Shown here one piece after another: positions 8,506-17,312 of a stretch of DNA of 32,000 nucleotides (its first letter is position 1; each line of letters opens with the position of its first letter). The stretch is from Nitrosomonas europaea (lineage in GTDB: Bacteria; Pseudomonadota; Gammaproteobacteria; Burkholderiales; Nitrosomonadaceae). The notes beneath the pieces are model-generated. The model searched no databases. It was not told where the DNA came from and was given only the letters and a program-made list of their open reading frames with translations. Made by a program: the position numbers and the translations under genes. The DNA lies in assembly GCF_900167395.1 (NCBI RefSeq), contig NZ_FUWK01000019.1:1-32000 (forward strand), in the 5' to 3' direction.

Positions 8506-10611
8506 ATGAAAAACCCGCTGTTAGATTTTTCCACGCTTCCTCGCTATGAGGAAATTCGGAACGAACACATCACGCCTGCTATGGACGAGTTGTTGCGCGA
8601 CTGCCGTGCGGTAGTGAATAGAGTTAAAAATGCGACAGAATCTCCTGACTGGCAGGATTTTGTGCAACCGGTGGTGGATGCGAATGAGCGTTTGTCGCGT
8701 GCGTGGGGGCAGATAGCGCATTTGAATGCGGTCATGAATAACCCGGAGCTGCGCGAAATCTATAACGCCAATCTGCCGCGTATTACGCAGTACTATGCCG
8801 AGTTGTCGCAGGATCCAGTATTGTTTGAGAAATTCCGGCAGTTGCGGGCAGATCCGGCATTCAATGATTTAAGTCAGGCACGCAGGAAAATTGTGGACAA
8901 TCAGTTACGTGATTTTCACTTGGGAGGTGCCGAACTGCCGCTGGAAGATAAAGCCCGGTTCATGCAGATTCAGGAAGAACTGTCGGCGTTGAGCTCAAAA
9001 TTCAACGATAACCTGTTGGATGCAACCAACGCGTTTTCTTTGTTTATAGAAAACCGGGATGAACTTGCCGGAATTCCGGAGGATGTATTGCAGGCGGCGC
9101 GTGAAGCGGCAACCAAAGATACTTCGATTACTGTGCCGGGCTGGAAATTTACTCTGCATGCACCTTCCTATCTGCCGGTCATGCAGTATGCGGATAACCG
9201 CAGTTTACGTGAACGGATGTATCGGGCATATGTGACACGGGCGAGTGAGCTTGAAGCTGTTCCGGAGCAGACTGTGAATCGTGACAACATGCCTTTGATC
9301 GAAAAGATGCTACGTTTGCGCCAGGAGGAAGCAAGGCTGCTGAGTTACGATTGTTACGCACAGGTGTCACTGACTCCCAAGATGGCGGAAACGCCGCAGC
9401 AGGTGCTGGATTTTCTGAATGAGCTGGCAGCCAAAGCGAGACCTTACGCAGAAAGAGATCTGGCAGAGCTGCAGCAGTTTGCCGCTGATAAGCTGAAACT
9501 GGATCGACTCGAAATGTGGGATATTGCCTACGCCAGCGAAAAGCTGCGTATCGAGCGTTATGCTTTTTCTGAGCAGGAGGTCAAGCAATATTTCCCGGAG
9601 AACAAGGTATTGCCTGGCATGTTCCGACTGGTGGAGACTCTGTACGGCATACGTATCAGCGAAGCAGAGCCGGCACGTAACATTCAGTGCTGGCATCCGG
9701 ATGTGAAATTTTTCGATATTGCTGACGCGAATGGTAATTTGCTGGGGCAGTTTTATCTGGATCTTTATGCCCGCCCCGGTAAGCGTGGCGGGGCTTGGAT
9801 GGATGACGCGATCACCCGGCGGAAGATTGAGGTACCTGAAATCGGCCGTTCCGAAATCCAGGCGCCAGTTGCCTACCTTACTTGCAATTTTTCGGCACCC
9901 GTGACGATCGACGGCCAGTTGCGCCCGGCATTGTTCACGCATGATGAGGTAATTACGCTGTTTCATGAATTTGGTCATGGATTGCATCATTTGCTGACCC
10001 GGATGGATGAGCTGGGTGTTTCCGGTATCAACGGGGTCGAGTGGGATGCGGTTGAACTGCCCAGCCAGTTCATGGAAAACTTCTGCTGGGAGTGGGAAGT
10101 ATTGCGTGGTATGACTGCGCATGTGGAAACCGGCAATCCGCTACCGCGCGCGTTATTCGATAAGATGCTCGCAGCCAAGAACTTCCAGAGTGGCCTTCAG
10201 ACTTTGCGTCAGATTGAGTTTGCCTTGTTTGATATGCATTTGCACACGGATTTTGACCCGCAGGGCAGTGAAACCGTGTTACAGCGTCTGGATAAAATCC
10301 GCCAGCGGGTTGCCGTCATCATTCCACCCGCGTTCAACCGGTTTCCGGACAGCTTCGGACATATATTTGCTGGAGGTTATGCTGCCGGTTATTACAGTTA
10401 TAAATGGGCGGAAGTATTGTCTGCCGATGCTTACAGCCTGTTCGAAGAGAATGGTGCCGGCCAGGTGGTCAGTGCAAAAACTGGAGAGCGTTTCTGGCAT
10501 GAAATTCTTGCCGTAGGTGGTAGCCGCCCGGCACTTGAATCATTCATTGCATTTCGCGGACGCGAGCCAAAAATTGATGCGTTGCTGCGGCATCATGGTA
10601 TGGCAGCCTGA
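8506..10611 (+). CDS. prlC: Oligopeptidase A (M3 family zinc metallopeptidase)
   Basis: 701 aa with the HEFGHGLHH zinc motif and the downstream E in GVEWDAVELPSQFME, an M3 architecture. Confidence 0.9.
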   Translation: MKNPLLDFSTLPRYEEIRNEHITPAMDELLRDCRAVVNRVKNATESPDWQDFVQPVVDANERLSRAWGQIAHLNAVMNNPELREIYNANLPRITQYYAELSQDPVLFEKFRQLRADPAFNDLSQARRKIVDNQLRDFHLGGAELPLEDKARFMQIQEELSALSSKFNDNLLDATNAFSLFIENRDELAGIPEDVLQAAREAATKDTSITVPGWKFTLHAPSYLPVMQYADNRSLRERMYRAYVTRASELEAVPEQTVNRDNMPLIEKMLRLRQEEARLLSYDCYAQVSLTPKMAETPQQVLDFLNELAAKARPYAERDLAELQQFAADKLKLDRLEMWDIAYASEKLRIERYAFSEQEVKQYFPENKVLPGMFRLVETLYGIRISEAEPARNIQCWHPDVKFFDIADANGNLLGQFYLDLYARPGKRGGAWMDDAITRRKIEVPEIGRSEIQAPVAYLTCNFSAPVTIDGQLRPALFTHDEVITLFHEFGHGLHHLLTRMDELGVSGINGVEWDAVELPSQFMENFCWEWEVLRGMTAHVETGNPLPRALFDKMLAAKNFQSGLQTLRQIEFALFDMHLHTDFDPQGSETVLQRLDKIRQRVAVIIPPAFNRFPDSFGHIFAGGYAAGYYSYKWAEVLSADAYSLFEENGAGQVVSAKTGERFWHEILAVGGSRPALESFIAFRGREPKIDALLRHHGMAA

Positions 10612-10801
10612 GCAATGTATTTCTTGTCATCATCTGTTGAAGATCGTTAGTCTGCGGGATAGAGGATTGTTTACAGGCGATGAAAAAATATTCTGTCCTG
10701 ATGATGGAAAATGGCACTTTCTCCACACGAACAGCGAGTGGTAATGAGGCGGTTCAGAGGAGTATTTTACCTTTACCGGGCGCAGAAGCCGGAACCGTTT
10801 C

Positions 10802-10830
10802 TGGAAAAGCTTTTGTATCTCGCGTATAAT
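10802..10830 (+). promoter_or_regulatory. Candidate sigma70 promoter for carAB
   Basis: Perfect TATAAT at 10825..10830, with TGGAAA (10802..10807) 17 nt upstream. It lies about 80 nt before the carA start. Confidence 0.3.
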
Positions 10831-10910
10831 TGATTTTAGCGGTGCAGGGTCAATCTTGAGCCGCTTTTTTCTGTCCGTCTGCATCGTATTAAAAATTATT
10901 GGGGAGTTCT

Positions 10911-12062
10911 GTGTCTAACCGTCCGCGTGCTGTACTTGTTCTGGCTGATGGTACTGTTTTTCACGGAGATTCGATTGGTGCAGAAGGTATTACTATCGGT
11001 GAAGTGGCTTTCAATACGGCCATGACCGGTTACCAGGAAATTCTCACTGACCCTTCTTATTGCCGCCAGATCGTTACGCTGACTTATCCGCATATCGGTA
11101 ATACCGGTGTGAATGACGAGGACATTGAATCAACTACGGCTTCCAGGATCATTCATGCGGCAGGGCTGGTGGTTCGTGATCTGTCACTCGTCACCAGCAG
11201 CTGGCGCAGTCGTCATACGTTACCGGATTTTCTCAAACAGCATGGTGTGCCGGCGATTGCCGGGGTCGATACACGCAAACTTACGCGTATTCTGAGAACG
11301 AAGGGCGCACAGGCAGGCTGTATCATGACCGGTCATATCGATGAAACCGAAGCATTGCGACAGGCGCAGGCATTTCCCGGTCTGACGGGAATGGATCTGG
11401 CGCGAGTGGTCAGTTGCAGTCAGCCATGGGAATTCAGTGAAGGCGCATGGTCACCAGAAACAGGCTATCAAGCTGCGGGCGAGAGCCGCTGCCGGGTTGC
11501 TGTGCTGGATTTTGGTGTCAAGCGTGCGATTCTGCGCAAGTTGGTCGAGCATGGTTGTCATGTTACCGTTTATCCCGCGCAGACACGGATTGATGAAATT
11601 CTTGCCGCCCGGCCTGATGGTGTGCTGCTTTCCAATGGTCCTGGAGATCCGGAAGCCTGTGATTATGCAATCGATATGGCACGTGCATTACTGGCAAGCA
11701 AAATCCCTGTGTTCGGTATCTGCCTGGGTCATCAGATAATTGCACTGGCGATTGGTGCCAGGACGATCAAGATGAAATTCGGGCACCATGGTGCCAATCA
11801 TCCGGTATTGGATGTCGATAGTGGCCGGGTGATGATCACCAGCCAGAATCATGGATTTGCAGTGGATGTCGATACACTGCCTGCCAATGTGCGCGTCACC
11901 CATCATTCATTGTTTGATGGAAGTCTTCAGGGATTTGAATTGACGGATCATCCTGTTCTATGTTTTCAAGGACATCCTGAAGCCAGCCCGGGCCCGCAAG
12001 ACGTTAATTATTTATTCAGTCGTTTCATCAGTCGGATAGTGAAAAACAAGCAGTCAGCCTGA
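10911..12062 (+). CDS. carA: Carbamoyl-phosphate synthase small (glutaminase) subunit
   Basis: The N-terminal block [13 protein letters not shown] and the class-I amidotransferase block GICLGHQ with FQGHPE. GTG 10911 lies 4 nt after GGGGAG (10901..10906), and TTG 10899 is the ORF-track alternative. There is no in-frame ATG near the N-terminus. Confidence 0.92.
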   Translation: MSNRPRAVLVLADGTVFHGDSIGAEGITIGEVAFNTAMTGYQEILTDPSYCRQIVTLTYPHIGNTGVNDEDIESTTASRIIHAAGLVVRDLSLVTSSWRSRHTLPDFLKQHGVPAIAGVDTRKLTRILRTKGAQAGCIMTGHIDETEALRQAQAFPGLTGMDLARVVSCSQPWEFSEGAWSPETGYQAAGESRCRVAVLDFGVKRAILRKLVEHGCHVTVYPAQTRIDEILAARPDGVLLSNGPGDPEACDYAIDMARALLASKIPVFGICLGHQIIALAIGARTIKMKFGHHGANHPVLDVDSGRVMITSQNHGFAVDVDTLPANVRVTHHSLFDGSLQGFELTDHPVLCFQGHPEASPGPQDVNYLFSRFISRIVKNKQSA

Positions 12063-12086
12063 GTCATCAGAACAACCTTCGTCATC

Positions 12087-15000
12087 ATGCCAAAGCGTAC
12101 CGACCTGAAATCTATCCTCATCATTGGCGCCGGGCCGATTGTCATCGGCCAGGCATGTGAATTCGATTATTCTGGTGTGCAGGCTTGCCGGGCACTGCGG
12201 GAGGAAGGTTATCGCGTCATTCTGATCAATTCCAATCCGGCGACGATCATGACCGACCCGGAGCTGACGGATGCCACCTATATAGAACCGATTACCTGGC
12301 AGGCAGTTGAAAAAATAATCGAGATCGAACGGCCGGATGCATTGCTGCCGACCATGGGTGGACAAACTGCACTCAATTGTGCCCTGGATCTGGTTCGGCA
12401 TGGCGTACTGGAGAAATACGGTGTAGTGCTGATCGGCGCTTCCCGTGAGGCTATCGACAAGGCTGAGGACCGCGAGAAGTTCAAGCAGGCAATGACACGT
12501 ATCGGCCTGCAATCAGCGCGTTCCGCCATGGCACACAGTATGGAAGAAGCAATGCAGGCTCAGGCAATGATCGGCTACCCGGCCATTATCCGGCCTTCTT
12601 TCACGCTCGGAGGCAGCGGAGGCGGGATTGCCTATAACCGGGAAGAGTTCATCGAGATCTGTGAGCGAGGCCTGGAAGCCTCACCTACCCGGGAGTTGTT
12701 GATCGAGGAATCGGTCATTGGCTGGAAAGAGTATGAGATGGAGGTTATCCGCGACAAACAGGATAATTGCATCATTGTCTGTGCCATCGAAAACGTCGAC
12801 CCCATGGGAGTTCATACGGGAGATTCGATTACGGTTGCGCCTGCCCAGACGCTGACGGACAAGGAGTACCAGCGTATGCGTGATGCGTCGATCGCGGTAC
12901 TGCGGGAAATCGGGGTGGAAACAGGCGGCTCCAACGTACAGTTTGCTATTAATCCCGAGAACGGGAACATGCTCGTGATCGAAATGAATCCACGGGTGTC
13001 ACGTTCTTCTGCACTGGCTTCGAAAGCAACAGGCTTCCCGATTGCCAAGGTTGCTGCCAAACTGGCAATCGGTTATACGCTCAATGAACTGGGCAACGAT
13101 ATTGCGGGTGGTATCATCCCGGCTTCGTTTGAGCCGACTATCGACTACGTCGTAACCAAAGTACCTCGCTTCGCATTCGAGAAATTCCCTCAGGCAAACG
13201 ATCGTTTGACTACACAGATGAAATCAGTAGGCGAGGTCATGGCGATTGGACGCACCTTCCAGGAATCGCTGCAAAAGGCATTGCGCGGGCTGGAAAGCGG
13301 CGTGGATGGTCTGGACGAAAAGACCACGGATATCGAAATCATCAAGGCCGAGTTGGGTCATCCCGGGCCTGAGCGTTTGTGGTATATCGCTGATGCATTC
13401 CGTTGCAATATCCCTTTTGATGAAATTCACGCGCTTACTCGGATTGATTCATGGTTTCTGGTTCAGATTGAAGATCTGATCAGGCAGGAGCAAGCTCTTT
13501 CAGAGAGACGGCTGGAAATACTGGATCGGCGTGAGTTATACCATTTGAAACGTTGTGGTTTTTCAGATCAGCGTTTGGCTGCACTGCTTGGTACCAGTCA
13601 GGATAAGGTGCGCGCCAGACGGCATGAGCAGGGGGTGCGCCCGGTTTATAAGCGGGTGGATACCTGTGCAGCTGAATTTGATACGCATACGGCGTATATG
13701 TACTCGACTTATGAGGAAGAATGCGAGTCGCGTCCGACTGATAACAAGAAGATCATGGTGCTGGGAGGCGGGCCTAATCGCATCGGCCAGGGGATCGAAT
13801 TCGATTACTGTTGTGTACATGCTGCTCTGGCGCTGCGTGAAGACGGGTATGAGACGATCATGGTCAACTGTAATCCTGAAACAGTCTCGACTGATTACGA
13901 TGTTTCTGATCGATTGTACTTTGAGCCCCTTACGCTCGAAGATGTTCTGGAAATTGCAGCCGTAGAGAAACCGGCTGGTGTTATCGTACAATACGGCGGG
14001 CAGACTCCGCTAAAGCTGGCGCGTGCGCTGGAGACCAATGGTGTGCCCATCATTGGCACCAGTCCGGATATGATCGATTGTGCCGAGGATCGTGAACGTT
14101 TTCAGGCCATGCTGCAGGGGTTGGGCCTTAAACAACCTTCCAATTTTACGGCACGTACTGCAGAAACAGCGTTGGCTGCAGCCGATAAAATCGGTTACCC
14201 GCTTGTCGTCAGACCAAGTTATGTGCTGGGTGGCCGTGCCATGGAAATTGTACATGAGGCGCGTGATCTGGAGCGCTATATCCAGGAAGCCGTGAAGGTG
14301 TCCAATGATTCTCCCGTGCTGCTGGATCATTACCTGAATAATGCGATCGAAGTGGACGTTGATGCCATTTCTGACGGGAAAGCCGTACTGATCGGTGGAA
14401 TCATGGAGCATATCGAGCAGGCCGGGGTTCACTCCGGTGATTCCGCTTGTTCATTGCCTCCTTTTAGTCTTTCCGCTTCCTTGCAGGAGGAATTGCGTCG
14501 GCAGACCGAGGCCATGGCGTATGCGCTGAATGTTAACGGTTTGATGAATATTCAGTTCGCCATTCAGGATGACACTGTCTATGTACTGGAGGTTAATCCC
14601 AGAGCATCGCGTACTGCCCCTTTCGTTTCCAAAGCAACCGGTTTGCAACTGGCTAAAATCGCAGCTCGCTGCATGGTAGGCCGGACACTGGCTGATCAAG
14701 GTGTCACCAAAGAAGTTTATCCTTCTCATTTTTCGGTAAAAGAGGCTGTTTTCCCGTTTGCTAAGTTCTCCGGTGTGGATACCATCCTTGGGCCGGAGAT
14801 GAAATCAACCGGTGAGGTGATGGGAGTGGGTAAAAATTTCGCTGAAGCATTTGTCAAATCACAGCTTGCAGCAGGCGTTCAATTGCCGGTATCGGGTAAT
14901 GTACTGATCAGTGTAAGAGACAGTGATAAACTGGAAGCCGTTTCAATCGCTATCAAGCTGGTTGAACTGGGGTTTTCACTTTATGCTACGCGTGGTACGG

Positions 15001-15284
15001 CTCGAACTCTGCAGCAGGCTGGATTGCCGGTTATTGCTGTAAATAAGGTGGCTGAAGGCCGGCCGCATATCGTGGATATGATCAAGAATGGAGAGATTGT
15101 CTTGATCATCAATACAGTTGCCAATAAACGTAGTGCTGTGCGTGATTCTTATTCGATCCGGCGTGTGGCTTTGCAGGCCAGGATAACTTATTACACAACA
15201 ATTGCCGGTGCGCGTGCTGCCTGTGCCGGTATGGCCAGTCGCCAGGAATTGCAGGTTTACCGTTTGCAAAATCTTGCCATCTAG
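12087..15284 (+). CDS. carB: Carbamoyl-phosphate synthase large subunit
   Basis: 1065 aa with duplicated ATP-grasp halves ([21 protein letters not shown] and [20 protein letters not shown]) and a C-terminal MGS-like domain. Confidence 0.97.
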   Translation: MPKRTDLKSILIIGAGPIVIGQACEFDYSGVQACRALREEGYRVILINSNPATIMTDPELTDATYIEPITWQAVEKIIEIERPDALLPTMGGQTALNCALDLVRHGVLEKYGVVLIGASREAIDKAEDREKFKQAMTRIGLQSARSAMAHSMEEAMQAQAMIGYPAIIRPSFTLGGSGGGIAYNREEFIEICERGLEASPTRELLIEESVIGWKEYEMEVIRDKQDNCIIVCAIENVDPMGVHTGDSITVAPAQTLTDKEYQRMRDASIAVLREIGVETGGSNVQFAINPENGNMLVIEMNPRVSRSSALASKATGFPIAKVAAKLAIGYTLNELGNDIAGGIIPASFEPTIDYVVTKVPRFAFEKFPQANDRLTTQMKSVGEVMAIGRTFQESLQKALRGLESGVDGLDEKTTDIEIIKAELGHPGPERLWYIADAFRCNIPFDEIHALTRIDSWFLVQIEDLIRQEQALSERRLEILDRRELYHLKRCGFSDQRLAALLGTSQDKVRARRHEQGVRPVYKRVDTCAAEFDTHTAYMYSTYEEECESRPTDNKKIMVLGGGPNRIGQGIEFDYCCVHAALALREDGYETIMVNCNPETVSTDYDVSDRLYFEPLTLEDVLEIAAVEKPAGVIVQYGGQTPLKLARALETNGVPIIGTSPDMIDCAEDRERFQAMLQGLGLKQPSNFTARTAETALAAADKIGYPLVVRPSYVLGGRAMEIVHEARDLERYIQEAVKVSNDSPVLLDHYLNNAIEVDVDAISDGKAVLIGGIMEHIEQAGVHSGDSACSLPPFSLSASLQEELRRQTEAMAYALNVNGLMNIQFAIQDDTVYVLEVNPRASRTAPFVSKATGLQLAKIAARCMVGRTLADQGVTKEVYPSHFSVKEAVFPFAKFSGVDTILGPEMKSTGEVMGVGKNFAEAFVKSQLAAGVQLPVSGNVLISVRDSDKLEAVSIAIKLVELGFSLYATRGTARTLQQAGLPVIAVNKVAEGRPHIVDMIKNGEIVLIINTVANKRSAVRDSYSIRRVALQARITYYTTIAGARAACAGMASRQELQVYRLQNLAI

Positions 15285-15320
15285 GCAACAATAATCTTCC
15301 CTCCCAAGCTTGATGAACTT

Positions 15321-15347
15321 CCAATCTGGAGAGATTGGTATTTGTTT
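15321..15347 (+). terminator. Candidate intrinsic terminator after carB
   Basis: CCAATCT-GGAG-AGATTGG forms a perfect 7-bp stem with a 4-nt loop (15321..15338), followed by TATTTGTTT. It begins 37 nt after the carB stop. The stem is AT-rich, so it is only moderate in strength. Confidence 0.45.
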
Positions 15348-15381
15348 ACGAGCTCTTTTTAGCCAGACAGTCAACTATCGT

Positions 15382-15399
15382 GCATCATTCGAATGATGC
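15382..15399. promoter_or_regulatory. 18-bp perfect palindrome in the greA leader (operator or leader hairpin)
   Basis: GCATCATTCGAATGATGC is its own reverse complement. Its 3' end lies 65 nt upstream of the greA ATG. Confidence 0.3.
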
Positions 15400-15463
15400 G
15401 TTGAGTGTCTGTTGTTTGATGAATATTGTTTTATTGTTTTTCCATGGAAAGAGAAATCAAGTT

Positions 15464-15940
15464 ATGAATGCCATTCCCATTACCCAAGCTGGTGCAGAGA
15501 AATTGCGCGCAGAGTTGCATGAGATGAAAACGGTCCATCGCCCTGCTGTCATTGCCGCCATTGCGGAAGCACGTTCCCACGGTGACCTGTCTGAGAATGC
15601 CGAATATGATGCTGCAAAAGAAAGGCAAGGGTTCATAGAGGGACGTATTGCAGAATTGGAGAGTAAACTGTCCAACGCACAGATTATCAATCCCGCAACG
15701 CTGAATGCAGATGGTGCGTGCGTATTCGGTGCCACTATCGATCTGATGGATCTGGGCAATAATACAACCGTGACTTATCAGATCGTAGGGGATGATGAAG
15801 CCGACATCAAACAGGGTAAAATTTCTATCAGTTCACCCATTGCCCGGGCATTGATTGGCAAATATGCGGGGGATATAGCTGAAGTTCAGGCACCTGGTGG
15901 TGTTCGAGAATACGAAATTCTGGATGTTAAATATATCTGA
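15464..15940 (+). CDS. greA: Transcription elongation factor GreA
   Basis: From ATG 15464 (GGAAAGAG upstream) the protein reads [22 protein letters not shown]...[22 protein letters not shown], 158 aa. The 43 upstream codons in the ORF track are unlikely to be real. Confidence 0.93.
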   Translation: MNAIPITQAGAEKLRAELHEMKTVHRPAVIAAIAEARSHGDLSENAEYDAAKERQGFIEGRIAELESKLSNAQIINPATLNADGACVFGATIDLMDLGNNTTVTYQIVGDDEADIKQGKISISSPIARALIGKYAGDIAEVQAPGGVREYEILDVKYI

Positions 15941-15943
15941 GAG

Positions 15944-16945
15944 CTAATTTTCCAGATTCTCCGAAATCAGGGTCGGAATGCCATTTCTGGCCCGAATTGC
16001 CGATTCCAGTGCTTCAGGGCTGATTCTGGTATTCCTTGTCATTCTTCCATCAGGATCTTTGGCTGTTTTTTCAAGGAATTCTGCAATTGCACTATGAACT
16101 TTTTGCTCATAGTCATAGGGTGTGGTGTCATCTTCTTCCAGTGGCGGGTGAAGTTCGATGAATAAAAGGTTTTCCTGCCACCCCAGCTTGACAGGCTGGT
16201 TGACGATTTGTACTGGTGTACCTGTAGGTACAAGATTGAACAGTTCTTCGATATCTTCAGGGTACAGACGCATGCAGCCGTGCGTGACACGCATGCCTAC
16301 ACCAAATGGCTTATTGGTACTGTGGATGAGATAGCCAGGCAGACCGAGATACAGCGCATATCGTCCAAGAGGGTTATCCGGGCCAGGCGGAACGACATCC
16401 GACAGTGGAGGTTTACCCTCTGCTATTGCCTCAGCTTTGAGAGATTGGGGCGGTGTCCACGTCGGGTCTTTTTGTTTTCTGACAATGGTAGTTCTGCCTA
16501 GTGGTGTATTCCAATCCATTCTGCCGATACTGACAGGATGAGTAATGATCTCCGGCTTTTGTCCCTTTGCTGGTTTGGGAAAATAATAGAGCCGCATTTC
16601 CGGCAGATTGATGACAAGGCCGATTCGTTCAGCCTGCGGGATTATAAAACGCAGTGGCAATACAACCTCGGCTCCATCTTCAGGCAGCCAGCGGTTTGTA
16701 TTGGGGTTGGCCAGCACCATTTCATCCTGGCCGATACCATAGTGGCGTGCCACATCAAGTAGCGTTTCTTCGCGGCTGGCGGTTACTGTTTGCATCTGGC
16801 CGAAGATATCAATGTCATCGGGCGGACGTACCCAACTCCCGGCATAAACATGGACCACTGCTGGTAATGTCGTAAACAGCAGTAATAAACTGATTCCAAG
16901 CTTTTGCTTATCTTTATGCCTCATTTCATATCGTGTTGTGAACAA
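15944..16945 (-). CDS. Periplasmic L,D-transpeptidase (LysM plus YkuD domains; ErfK/YbiS/YcfS/YnhG-like)
   Basis: Features are a signal peptide, the LysM-like block LLDVARHYGIGQDEMVLANP, and the YkuD catalytic block YLIHSTNKPFGVGMRVTHGCMRLYPEDI with PGPDNPLGRYALYL. The start is either 16945 or 16924. Confidence 0.88.
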   Translation of the reverse strand: MFTTRYEMRHKDKQKLGISLLLLFTTLPAVVHVYAGSWVRPPDDIDIFGQMQTVTASREETLLDVARHYGIGQDEMVLANPNTNRWLPEDGAEVVLPLRFIIPQAERIGLVINLPEMRLYYFPKPAKGQKPEIITHPVSIGRMDWNTPLGRTTIVRKQKDPTWTPPQSLKAEAIAEGKPPLSDVVPPGPDNPLGRYALYLGLPGYLIHSTNKPFGVGMRVTHGCMRLYPEDIEELFNLVPTGTPVQIVNQPVKLGWQENLLFIELHPPLEEDDTTPYDYEQKVHSAIAEFLEKTAKDPDGRMTRNTRISPEALESAIRARNGIPTLISENLEN

Positions 16946-17113
16946 TTTATAATGCCGATGATTTTATCCGGCATGAAATTCAAAAGCTAATGATTTTAGC
17001 TTTTTACAGACGAAGTAGCGGTATTGTTGCGAGCAAGAATCATTATCGAAGGCTAATTGTGTTTGGTGTTTTTTTATGATTGTTGCTATAAAACAACAGA
17101 AAGTAATGTTTTC

Positions 17114-17142
17114 TTGACAGTTAAGGGGCCCTCCTATAAGCT
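17114..17142 (+). promoter_or_regulatory. Candidate sigma70 promoter for the FAAL-SDR-ACP-SPT module
   Basis: Perfect TTGACA (17114..17119), a 17-nt spacer, then TAAGCT (17137..17142). TATAAG is also present at a 15-nt spacing. It lies about 170 nt upstream of the FAAL start, in a 367-bp AT-rich divergent intergenic region. Confidence 0.3.
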
Positions 17143-17312
17143 CGCAGCCCATATATACCATGGAATAGAGACTACGCATTTGTCGGAAGCGTAAGGTTCT
17201 CAGACTGTGAATTATTGGTTGATTGGTTGCTGCTTATAAACAGGTTGAGTGATCACAGTATCCGTTCAGTCCATTCAGTAAATTGGCCAGAAAATATTTC
17301 TAGGGGAAGATT

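Noticed and set aside
9367-10122. Long antisense ORFs opposite strongly conserved genes. Examples are 251 aa opposite prlC, 12054..12512 opposite carB, 2821..3276 and 3406..3855 opposite the glcF-like gene, 3918..4388 opposite coq7, 6430..6873 opposite pyrB, and 13563..13991 and 14010..14432 opposite carB.
   Set aside because: Each lies wholly inside a gene whose translation shows unmistakable family motifs. Their own translations are low-complexity or Arg/Cys/His-rich with no recognisable domains. They are typical shadow ORFs.
10751-10764. PyrR-binding-loop-like sequence GGTTCAGAGGAGTA upstream of carA.
   Set aside because: It gives roughly 9 of 14 matches to the Gram-positive ARUCCAGAGAGGYU consensus, with no flanking anti-terminator or terminator architecture. 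PyrR-mediated RNA attenuation is not established for proteobacteria.
10630-10884. 84-aa minus-strand ORF filling the prlC-carA intergenic region.
   Set aside because: The sequence is basic and has no recognisable motifs, I saw no convincing SD, and it overlaps the putative carA promoter and leader. It is more likely non-coding, but the gap itself is flagged in the findings.
16964-17179. 71-aa minus-strand ORF in the ldt-FAAL intergenic region.
   Set aside because: It is Cys-rich and AT-rich with no motif or RBS, and it overlaps the candidate promoter. I treat it as spurious.
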